From: Amoebidium appalachense
Lineage: Eukaryota; Protista; Ichthyosporea
Length of the DNA stretch: 64,000 nt
Assembly: GCA_963693365.1 (NCBI GenBank)
Contig: CAVNZM010000004.1
Span: 7,353,093-7,417,092 of the forward strand
Direction of reading: 5' to 3'
Part shown: in pieces, positions 1 to 15,548 of the stretch
Layout of the letters: every line of letters starts with the position of its first letter
Numbering within the stretch: position 1 is the stretch's first letter
Notes under the pieces: model-generated
Database searches by the model: none
What the model saw: only the letters and a program-made list of their open reading frames with translations
Told to the model about the DNA's origin: nothing
Position numbers and translations under genes: made by a program

Positions 1-39
1 CAAAACCCGCTTATTGATGTTGTGGTTTTTTTTCCCCAG

Positions 40-3287
<3,248 letters not shown>

Positions 3288-4264
3288 AGAAATCACGGCA
3301 AGCCCTGCTTTGGCGGCTGGCTGCGCGGCGAGCCATATTTTCGATGTCAACACTTAACATTTTGCACAACTGCTTATAATATAGCGATGTATTCAGCCTG
3401 TCGACATATACGATCTCGGAGGACTGATACACTTTGATGACGGCTGGTGATTGGTCAGAGATATGTGGAGAATGTGATCTTTTGGGTGCTCACCGCCCAG
3501 CCGCCAATATAGAAAGGAGACAAGGTGGTTTATTTTAAGGTCTTGTAATACACTATGATTTCTTCGATTTTCCATTATTTGACGAATAAGGTCTTTTTTC
3601 TGAACTCGGACAGCTACGTAGACGTGAGTGGGTGTAGGGTTGGATTGCGGGAATACACATGGATTTTTTTATTTTTTTATTTTTTTATTTTTTTTTTTTG
3701 CTGTGGCTATGGACTTGAGAATATGGAGGTATCAGAGTGGGTATGTAAAGTTTGCGTTGGTGTGGGTCAAGCGAGATACCCGGTAGATAGCTTCACCGAA
3801 ATTGTCTTCACATTTTCATATTTTGCTTGCCTGCCAGTGCAAGAAATAACGCGGCATTTATCCTTTAGCAAGGTGGTGAGCTCTGGGGTGCCGAGCAAAT
3901 AATTGTCTGGTTGTGTGGGTCCGGTTATTTGTTTGCTTGCTTTTGGGCTTTTCAAAGTGTTTATTGGTTGCTAATGTTATTATTTTGATTGTTCCTGAAT
4001 CTTGCCAGCAACTCTGAACAACATGCATTAAGGGCACGAGTTGTATATCTATAAATAGCACCTGTAGCGATAGCAAGAGTATATACCCTTACGGTCAAGT
4101 GTTCGAAATATGGACAGGTAGTTATTTCTAATTCCCATTTTTCCGCCATTTTTCCGCATTTACAATCCAGGTGACGTTGCCAGGGTCTTAAATAAGGTTA
4201 AGGCAATCAACACAATTACTGGGGCCAAATCGCTATGTGCCTTTTATTCTGTCCCTCCCCCCCC

Positions 4265-4887
4265 CTTGGGTCCTCCCTGAGGATGGGCTCTGCTTATGAC
4301 GCATACTGTGCACATGGCTGATGTTGCATACTTGAATGTTTGCCTTTGCATGTGTCCTGCACCATGCTTCTCGTCGTGTATGCGTACTTCGTACCGTGTT
4401 CCGCATTCAAACCCCCCCAGTCTTCTTTCAGAGGTGTCCTTTCAGGACAGACCACTGTGTGGAGACCGCTTTACTTCCATGCAACCGGGCATGGTTGCTC
4501 TGTGTCGTGCATCTGTAAGCACATACGCATTTTTCGCTGCACTGCATTAGTTTGCACACACATCTTCACCGTTTTGCTCACCTTGCTTGCATAAGCAACC
4601 CTGCTCGTCTTTGATCAAGACGGGTTGACCCGCCCAAGTTCAGTTGATGCTGCTGTTTGAGTTGGAGCGTCGTATATACGCGGGCTAAGGGGTCGAAACT
4701 CAGACGCAATTGATGACTTGGGTCCTCCCTGAGGATGGGCTCTGCTTATGACGCATACTGTGCACATGGCTGATGTTGCACATGGCTGATGTTGCATACT
4801 TGATTGTTTGCCTTTTGCATGTGTCCTGCACCATGCTTCTCGTCGTGTATGCGTACTTCGTACCGTGTTCCGCATTCAAACCCCCCC
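4265..4887 (+). mobile_element. Dispersed non-coding repeat: ~155-bp direct repeats (4265-4418 and 4717-4887, period 452 bp) around a ~300-bp core
   Basis: CTTGGGTCCTCCCTGAGGATGGGCTCTGCTTATGACGC...CGCATTCAAACCCCC occurs twice, the second with a 16-bp internal duplication. A near-identical partial copy lies at 58366-58460 and a diverged copy at 34610-35140. Element class not determined. Confidence 0.7.
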
Positions 4888-4906
4888 CCCCCCCCTCCCC
4901 TCCCCC

Positions 4907-5156
4907 CATTCCCTTTCACATGAATTTCAAACCAGTTGAATTCGAAACAGGGGGGGGGGGGGGGGGGGGGGGGGCATTCCCTTTCACATGAATTTCAAAC
5001 CAGTTGAATTCGAAACGGGGGGGGGGGGGGTGCACCCACTCTAATGGATTCACTCGCACTACAAACAAACACACACGAGAGAGAGAGGGAGGGAGAGAGA
5101 GAGAGGGAGGGAGAGAGAGAGGGAGGGAGGGAGGGAGAGAGAGAGAGAGAGAGCCT

Positions 5157-5188
<32 letters not shown>

Positions 5189-5220
5189 GCACCCACTCTA
5201 AGAAATTCATTCGCACTACA
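4907..5220. repeat. Two short tandem duplications separated by G/GA runs
   Basis: CATTCCCTTTCACATGAATTTCAAACCAGTTGAATTCGAAAC x2 (4907, 4975); GGGTGCACCCACTCTAA...TCGCACTACA x2 (5028, 5186). Confidence 0.85.
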
Positions 5221-6127
5221 TACACACACGTACACTCTCTCTCCCTATCCCCCCCCCCCCCCCCCTCCTCTCCCCCTCCCCCTCCCCTCCCCCCCGAGAC
5301 TCTCTCTCCTCTCTCTCTTGTAAAGTTCCAAGTATGGAGTGAGTGCATAAATGACTTATGGAAATTTAGAGAATGTGGGTTCTAAGACACAACTAAACAG
5401 GTGGGACAGACACGGGTTGAATTAGTTATATTGCAGTGTGAGGGAAAACTGTGTGCCACACCGTACAGAACATGACCTGCGATACTGAGGGTACTGTGCT
5501 TATATACCACCCAGACCGTCCCGCCAACTGGTCGCCGCGTCCGCCAATAGGAACTGGGCTGTAGCCGGACAGCCAATAGAATTACACCACGTATTTGCCA
5601 ATGATATTGTAAAGCCACGTCCAGCCAATAGACTTGCCCCGGTTTTTTGTATAGCCAAACAAGGAGTTGACAACAAAGACAATCCGCATAAACTACGAGT
5701 GAAGTAACACAAGACCGAAACCATACAACAGAGATAGCACAGCCAAAACAAGATGAGTAGATACAAACTGAGTGTAATATCGAAATTATATGATCATGAC
5801 ATGATAAACCTAATGAGTAACCAACCAAGTGCTGTGCACGAAGGGAGCCTCCACTATGCATGCAGGACATGCAAAGCAATAAATCTCGCAATAAGCCGTG
5901 AGCACAAAGGTATGCTGTCGCAACAAGCAGGAATGCACAACCTGGAAACACGTGCACGTGCGCATCTTCACGATCAGAGAGCGAGAGAGAGAAAGAGAGA
6001 GAGAGGGAGAGAGAGAGAAAGAGAACCAACCTACGTGCATGTGTGTGCGTGTGTGTGTGTGTGTGTGTGTCGAGAGGCAAGAGAGGACTCAATCTGCCGG
6101 AAATTTTACACGCAAGTTTATTTATGA

Positions 6128-7185
<1,058 letters not shown>

Positions 7186-7639
7186 GGTGTGTGTGTGACT
7201 GTCTGTGTGCGTGTGTACCACCATGCGGCTGTCTTCTCCGCAGAGCTGCGTGACAGTTCCATCTCCCCTATATAGCTAAAGCAGCCGTAGTCAAATCTAC
7301 TCCGTCTGAGTAAGTTAGTCTAAGAGATACACGTACAACAAAACCCAAACAAACAATTTGCACAGCGCGAGGATCGCGGCTCAGGCCTATCATAGGCCTA
7401 GGGCGGCGCGGCGGCGGCCCCATCGGCGATTCGGCAGGGTCGTGGGCCCGTGCACGTGGCACGTTCAAGGCCTCCTAGACGGCACGTTCACAACGGAGCG
7501 CTAGCCAGCTGATCGACGGAGCCCATCAGTGTGATCACATGCTGTCGATCACGAGTCCTACGCATGGGTAGTGAAAATACATCGGTCGTACATATGTTGA
7601 GCTACGCACTCAAGAAGTTACAGACACACACACACACGT

Positions 7640-7680
<41 letters not shown>

Positions 7681-8042
7681 ATCACACACACGCACACACA
7701 CACACACACGCACACACAAAAGAAAAAAACGACGTTCAAGAAGTTCATCGGAGGGCATCCAGGGGTGAGTCAGACCAAAACTACGTTTACACCCTCTAAA
7801 ATACCTTCCATCTTTCAAAAATACCATCCAACTTTTTTTGCATGGTACGGTACGTTTCCGACCAGGGCGTGTGCATGGTGCGCATGGTGTGGATGCTTAT
7901 TAGAAAGATGTCCGTAAATACCATCCAGGACTTAGGAAAATACGAGATATACACCCAATTTTCGTGAATTTTCGGACGGTCGGAAGCCAGCTGCAGGGAC
8001 ATCCCGCTACCCCGGGGGGATCCCGGATCACGAACCCGGGCC

Positions 8043-8180
8043 ATTGGGTAAAAAAAAGAAGCGGCAAAACCTAATATTAGCCAATCACAGCACCGCGCCG
8101 AACAATCACACCTGGACCAATCATATTTGTAAACCAATCATTTCGCTTAAACATTTCTATTGGAGAAATATTCATCCAAT
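8043..8180. promoter_or_regulatory. CCAAT-box cluster with no identified gene
   Basis: ATTGG 8043 and 8159; CCAAT 8081, 8117, 8134, 8176; consensus donor GTGAGT at 8251. Confidence 0.4.
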
Positions 8181-8624
8181 CGGCCTTACGGATCACGGTT
8201 AGTCATATTCTTTGCTTTTCTCGAAGCGTGGGTCATTCAATCGCGCACGCGTGAGTGACCCTTGTTGTGTGCACACAGAACTTTTTTTTTTTTTTTTTTT
8301 TTTTTGGGTTGTTTTGTTTCTTTACGGGCTCTCAAACAGAAGACAAGGCGTCATTATTAGAGGGGAGTAGAATCCCTCTGTTGCCAGCGGTAGGGTGAGG
8401 TGGATGAGTAGGAGCTATGCAGGCAAAAGTGAGATCTGGCCTCCACTGTAAGGCCAACCCAGCGAGACGTAAAAAAAAAAAAACGGGTTCTGACTGTGAC
8501 AACCCCTTGGATTCAATACATGGCACATGGAATCCACACGGGCTAGTCTCACGGGCCAGTTACCCGATTTATATTCCCTCCCCCTCCACCGTGCCCCCGC
8601 GCTCCTCCGAGGCCCCCCCCCCCC

Positions 8625-8657
<33 letters not shown>

Positions 8658-10219
8658 TCCTTTGTCGAAAGTCGACCCTCCACTCCGAGTTCCCGAGGCC
8701 TTCTTCCTTTTCATCCCACCGCACATTATCACGAGCCGGCCCTTTCACAGGTGCGCAGGTGAACGCATAACTTGGCTCTCGAAACCACAAAAGCGAATGC
8801 ATCCGCGGGCGCTCGGACACCCCCTCGTTAAGCAGATCCGAGCCCATCCACATCTCCTGTAAGCCAACACTGGCCGTGTGCACGCGGCGACACACGCATG
8901 CACACACACACACACGCACACACACATTTCCAAAACTCTCGACCATTGTTATGACTATGGCATTTGAACACAGAAATACCACACAATTCTTCACGCTAGC
9001 CCTCGGCACTGCCAACCGTTCTGGTGCGTGTGACCGTTCGGGGACTGACACACATGGCCTAACTCAACGGATGTGTCTCTTTCTTCAGCTAAACCGTGTG
9101 CCATAACCCTACACGCGCACGTGTGATATTGCTGACTTGCACCACCAAGGGACGTTGAAGCTCTCATCTCCATCAAACAAGTCATCGTGTCCCATTTTTT
9201 AAGACATCGTGTCATGAACTAAACTATAGCACTATAGCAATGCCTGGTCACCACAGAAAAACCCTAATCAGTGTAAGAAGCCTTCCGGCGCTACATAGGT
9301 AACCTCCTTTATAGCTTTGTATGCACAAGCGGTGATGGGCACACAACTATTTTTCATATTGTGTTACACACACGCACATGTGTAGCAAAGCAAGAAACTC
9401 AGCCCGTAATGATTATCAACTTGCGCTTCGAAAGTACGGCACTATTCACCAAGCAGGTTCTCGCCCCGACGAGAGCACAAGATCTCTATTGTCACAGTGC
9501 ACACACACGGAACAGAAGCAAGACAGTCACTGAGTGGTTTCTGAATAAGGAGGTGGCTGGATCTTCCCTCTGTGTTTTCACAATATCCTCGTCCCCCCCT
9601 CCCCCCCCCCTCCCTCATTCCCCTCCACTTGGCTCTTGTGTACTGCCAGCGCCACGCGGGCCCTCACCCCAAAAAAGTTAATGGAAAAGAGTTTAACTTC
9701 GTTAATGTCGCCAGCATGAAGCAGGAGGTCAGTGTTCAGTGATTCATACATGGCACACAATATGCTTCTTCTTCTCAACTCGTCACACGTTTTATTCTTG
9801 GCTGTTGTACTGTGTAAAAGGCACCCCCTCTTACGCTTTTTTTTTCCGAGAGCTAAACTTTTAAGATTTCCTAATCTTTATCTCCTAAAATTCCAAAAAT
9901 CACCCTCCTAACATGATAGGCCTAGAGTAAGAGTAGAGCGACGAGACGAGTAGAATTATCTCCATCGTCACACGTTTTATTCATCATTTTGTCCTTCGTC
10001 GCACCTTTGTGGAAATTCAATTTCATTCCATATAGTAGTCTATGTACAACTTTTCAGGATCATAGTATTACTGACTGCCGGGGCCAGCCCAGGCCGTTCG
10101 CGTTTTCAAGTCATTCGTTGCACATAGTTATTCATGTCATGGCATTTGGCTGTTCGCCATCTCTAAAGTAATCAATAAATAAAAAAGCATTCCATATACA
10201 CAGATGCTTCTGGTAATGT

Positions 10220-10741
10220 CTACTGTGCACGCACAGAGAGTTGGCGCGGCAGTGCCGTCCTCCCCTTTGGCGAGCTCTCGGGGGTCACAGCTGTCGACAC
10301 TGTCCTCATGTGCGCATGGTAGTTTTTCCCGTCATTATTATCCCACATGTTGTCGCCCCATGGTAGCTCGCACCGCACGGCAAATTGCACGATGTCGCCA
10401 TCCTGAAGGCTGTCTGGGACCTGGCACATGAAGAAGAAATACGACTCCGTCTCCTCGGGGTTAAGGCAGACCATGTTTGCCGGAACCTCGCCGAACGTCA
10501 CCCAGTTGTCCGCTGTGTACCTCACATAGACCTTTGATGACTCAGTCGCCTGTGTGCTTCTGACTGAGATAGTTCCGCGGAGCATGCCGCGTTGGAAGGT
10601 GACCGAGGTGAGCTGCACGGGGCGTGGTTGTGCTTTGAGTGTAAAGTCGAAGTGCATATACCGCATAGTTGCTGGGCGGGTGGGTTGTTGTGTCGCCATA
10701 TTGAGAAGAGAGGGGGCGGAACGAGAGGTCAGAGCCATCAT
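10220..10741 (-). CDS. Intronless CBM21 (glycogen/starch-binding) domain protein, PPP1R3-like domain
   Basis: ORF from ATG 10741: LRGTISVRS..KVYVRYTADNWVTF..F.F..IVQFAVRC..WDNNDGKNY, the CBM21 signature motifs. TATAAAA on the minus strand at ~10901-10907. Confidence 0.85.
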   Translation of the reverse strand: MMALTSRSAPSLLNMATQQPTRPATMRYMHFDFTLKAQPRPVQLTSVTFQRGMLRGTISVRSTQATESSKVYVRYTADNWVTFGEVPANMVCLNPEETESYFFFMCQVPDSLQDGDIVQFAVRCELPWGDNMWDNNDGKNYHAHMRTVSTAVTPESSPKGRTALPRQLSVRAQ

Positions 10742-12346
10742 GTTTGATGCAAAACGGTACGTTGAGTACAACACAAGCTACTATTGTAGTAGGCAAAGTC
10801 TGCTATAATACACACTTCACTGTGTTCCTTTCGTGGTCGAACCACTTTACAAGCATTAGTACGTGGTGGCTAAGTGCTCCCGAGTGGCCGTGTATGTGCC
10901 TTTTATATGGGCATGTTTAGGTGAACAGTAAAAGCGCTTGAACAAAAATCCGCGCTCAGGAAGCATTTATGCGGAGTATGATTTTTAAAACCTGCAAAAT
11001 GTGTGTTGAACCCCACACCAAGTATTGAAATGTATTTTTACACCCCAAATTCGCGCTCATGTTCGAAATATATCAGCCAGAGCACTGGCAGATCACTGAC
11101 CAATGAAACGCGACTAATCTTAGGCAGGTCCACGAATCAGAAAAGGCTTACCGTCAGTAGTGATATATTTGAATTCGCGGCAGTTCAGATGCATGACTTG
11201 AAATATGGATACAGCCATAGTATGATCTATCAGACTACACTATCAATGATGCAGAAACACTGCATAGAAGGTTTGTTACTTGGCGTCTACAAAGAGTATT
11301 TTATAATAGACACAGTAAATAGATAGTCCACAGGATATGATATAATCTTCAAAAATTCAATTCATCCTCGAATTGCAAAACGCCACAAATTTTCCCGATG
11401 GTCTCGCCATACCAGTGCACACCAACATGTGACCACCCGGGTCAGAACAATTGTGCGATCGATCACTGTTGTTTTTGTATATGTATTCTCAGCAGTTTTG
11501 CTGAAAATGCACATCTTTGATTCATATTTAGTTTGTTCTGATCTAATCTAGTAAAAAAGAGTTCAAGTTGCAAGCTATCCCATTCACACAAGAGTGACTC
11601 TTTGCCTGTGAAACACATGTACATGTTCACAGTGACCCACTTTGTCCCCGATGTGTTTTGATTGGTGCACCCCACTACCTCTACCTTGGCTCAGTACGAT
11701 CAACCCAATTAGCCTATTACTACTTTTTTGACAGAGGGAAAAAACTGTTTTCCTGACATTACAATGTCTTCTCATATGCAAATTACGGTGGATGCATAGC
11801 TGCATACTCATCCACTACTGTAGGTAAGTAACAGCTGACTGAGCTGTTCATCATCTTATCCATTGGTCATCAGGGCACCGGTTCAAAAAGCAGTCGATGT
11901 AAAAAGGCTTTTCCTATTGGATACGAAGGCACTTCCCAAAAGCCTAGATGAGTCAAAGGCACAGACGTTTCCAGAATCCAGAATCGTTTCCAGCGTTTCT
12001 CCACTGAGTCCACTCCTCTGGAGTCTGGACACTAAGATTGTAAATATACATAGAAACAAATGCTTTTGATAAATATGTTACAACTGCTGCTTTCCGCATT
12101 TACTGGAAAGAATTTTGCTTGAGCTGGGATCTGCAGAGGCACTGGCAGCACGGTCAAAGACAACATGAAACACGGTTCATTATGATTGGCTACTCGACAG
12201 CCAATGGAAATTAGCTGCAAGATCGGATCTAGATCCCGGGGCGTGTGGCACCAGAAAACGGATAGCTGAATCACGGCATACTGAATATTAGCATGCATAA
12301 CCAAGATCATCATCCATATTGTTACTGTGCATACACAGGTAGTCAA

Positions 12347-12347
<1 letters not shown>

Positions 12348-12427
<80 letters not shown>

Positions 12428-12459
12428 GACACATGTACACACACACACACACACACACA

Positions 12460-12512
<53 letters not shown>

Positions 12513-12556
12513 GCAAAACATGCACGAACACACACATACACGCACGCATGCACGCA

Positions 12557-12595
<39 letters not shown>

Positions 12596-13090
12596 CACAT
12601 GTATGTACAACACACAAACACATGCAAACAAACGGTGACAAGAACACACACAAAGCACACACACGCACACGCACACGCACACGCACCGCGCCGGCCGTGG
12701 CATACGCACGCACGCACACACCAGACACACGCACACGCACACACGTGCTCACACACACGCACACACTGACAAAGGATCCGCGTGTCGCGCACACGTGCAC
12801 ACGTGCACACGTACACGTACCTGCACATGCAAACACATGCACACGCATATGCATACGCACTCGAAGGCACACACAGACGTCGACACGCACACAACACAAA
12901 CGAGCACACACACACCCACGCACACGCACACGCACACACGCGCGCGCGCAGACAGACACCACACACACACGCACGCACACACACGCACACACACACATGT
13001 ACACACACACACACACAAAAAAAAACACACACAAACACACATACACACACACACACACACACACATGTACATGTGCACACTGTACGCGTG
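12348..13090. repeat. Long degenerate (CA)n microsatellite
   Basis: Directly visible. Confidence 0.95.
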
Positions 13091-13420
13091 ATCATGACAT
13101 GCGTAACACAGGCCTGTACACACGCGCAAAATAGAAAATCACTGGCAGCGCACCGTTTTGATAGTACCAGCCAGCATAATTGAAACGCCGAGAGACGGGG
13201 GCGGAGCGGGGGCGGGCCCGGGGAGTGAGAGGGGGGAGACAGGGGAGGGGGGGGGGGGGGGGGGGAGGGGGGAGATGGGGTGCCACGTTTTATTTATTTT
13301 CACATTTAATAGTACTACCGTACTACATTATTCAAAATATTGCAGTTTGCTGGGCCAATAGGGGAAGAGGGTGAGTGGTCCACCACAGGAACAGCTGGTA
13401 TATACATATGGGAAAGTGTT

Positions 13421-13900
13421 TGTAAACAACTGTACACATGAACTGTACATGTTTACTAAAGAATGTGATCTACTAGCACACGATTCGTGCTTTGTCATGA
13501 ATATCACATAAATATTATGTCCGCACCAATAGGACTCACTCTGACCTAAGAATTGAACCATATATGGTTCTTCCGCTGCATACCACATAAACGAAGTGAA
13601 CCAATAAGAGGTTTGCATAAATAGGACGAAGGTCTGACTGGCTCGGACCGCACCAGAATCACGAATGGCATGTTGCCACCCGCGCTGGCCGCGGATGAAC
13701 CAATCCTGGGCCTTGATCCGAAACCTGGGGGCTATATAAGAAAGCCGTCCCAGTACGGGGATCACATCAGTGAAGTCTGAGACAGACTGAGTCGGCCCAT
13801 AGTAAAAGCAACCTGGCCGCGTGTGCCTTTCTACCCGTTCTCTGTCTTTATTTTGATTCAGTTGTACTCTGCCTTATCCTAACTAGTCCAACTGTTTACA
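13421..13900 (+). mobile_element. 480-bp solo LTR (copy A) inserted 4 bp inside the outer end of the copia LTR
   Basis: TGTAAACA...TGTTTACA termini; 5-bp TSD GTGTT (13416-13420 and 13901-13905); TATATAA at 13733; homologous to 16754-17233 in inverted orientation. Confidence 0.9.
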
Positions 13901-13901
13901 G

Positions 13902-14646
13902 TGTTGTTTTGTACGGGTCTAAGGGAGCAGAGTGCACAGAGGTGTCATGTAAAACACGACTAACACATTAATGAGAGGGCAATCGGAGTTGTTCACGAGA
14001 CATTGAAAGATTTCAAACAACAACTGAATCTTTATTGTGCTCTCGGTTCCTTTTGTACTTGCGACTTATCACCTTATCACAACTAAAGAGGGAGAACCAA
14101 TCGGTTCTATCAGAAGATAGAAAAACACATTCCGACAGAGCATACGCATTCCAACTTCCGATTAAACTAAAGTGTAGAAACTCTTACTTAAATAAATTAA
14201 GTAATTATACATCTAGTCACTATTAACTCACATATATATTTATGTTCGTCTCTATAAAGAAACTTATTTAAATACATATATTTCCTAATAGTCGACACTC
14301 TCAAAGTGAAGACACTTTGCAATAAACCGAATTCCATATATATCTATTGTCCAATCACAACACACATATATTAACAGACAGGAATGCACAACACAATCTA
14401 CAGATGTACTCGCTCGCGACTATTGGCGAGCCATCCTTTTGAGAACAAAACTAGGCCATTTTGAAATAAAGGAAAGACAACGAGTGAGGCTAGCCAATCA
14501 CGCTACCTCTCAGATAAACAGAGGAGAGCAAACAGAAATAAAAACACAATAAGTTCTTATCAGGCAAGAGAGCCAGGTGTGCACAGATCTACAGATATCT
14601 GTCCACAGGAACAAGGGAGAGAGAGATACGGGGGGGGGGGGGGGGG

Positions 14647-14737
<91 letters not shown>

Positions 14738-14816
14738 GCAGACACGAATACAAACAAGCTAGGACACATACATACTTCAAGGCTCTTGCTGTCATACATG
14801 GTGACGTATTCCAACA
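13902..14816 (-). repeat. Copia 3' LTR
   Basis: Near-identical to 20592-21499; adjacent polypurine tract TTGAGTGGGGA on the minus strand (14817-14827). Confidence 0.97.
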
Positions 14817-15548
14817 TCCCCACTCAAGGGGTTGAAGTTTGTGTTCTCGTGTCTGTTGATGTGACGGTAGATGAGGTCCAAACACAGGAGGGGTCGTCAC
14901 ACTCAAGTTTCCCCACTCGAGGATGCAAACCGAAGATCCTTGAGGTGGGAAGGAGAGAATCAAAACTGAAGAGGCACACAACGACGGTTGCCTCTGAAGG
15001 CTCGAAATAAGAAATCATGGTGGTTATCGGCGATATATATATATATATATATATATAGGAAACACTAGTGTATGTGTGACGTGTTGGTGGCTAATGGTTT
15101 ATACTGGGGACCACCCAGGTAAACACAAGACATGAACATCTTGTGGACTGATTTATAGACTGGTGGTCAACCAGTTAAGACACGGGGAAGGTGCATCCCG
15201 TGGACTAGGTTTAGACTGGCAGTCAACCAGCACGTCATGGCTATAGATAATTATTTATACTGGGACGCCATCCCAGTTCGACATATATATAAGTCGAATA
15301 TACTAGTAGAAGAAAACCAATATATATGGTGGGATATGAATATAAATAAACGACGGATGGTGGAGAATAATCCCCACTGAAGATGCACACATATGACGAT
15401 GGAAGACTGAGTCCCCACTGATGAAGAGAAACGATGAGGAGTAGTAGACTTTCGTTGGGAGGCATCTTGATCACCGTAGGTGTGTCAACTGCTGTCCAGG
15501 GCCCCAACCTACTCAGAAACCACTCGATGATGAACACCAGTGCACGGG

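Noticed and set aside
11460-12340. Unique sequence that might be another decayed gene (similarly 3400-4150, 23630-24100, 46500-46930)
   Set aside because: No consistent frame, splice phase or recognisable motif could be established by eye
13328-13765. 145-aa ORF also present at 16889-17575
   Set aside because: Lies antisense in the 480-bp solo LTR and runs out into unrelated flanks; similarity reflects repeat identity, not protein conservation
15418-15435. CTGATGA-AGA-GAAAC hammerhead-like string in the copia 3' UTR
   Set aside because: Only 3 nt between the motifs, so no stem II is possible
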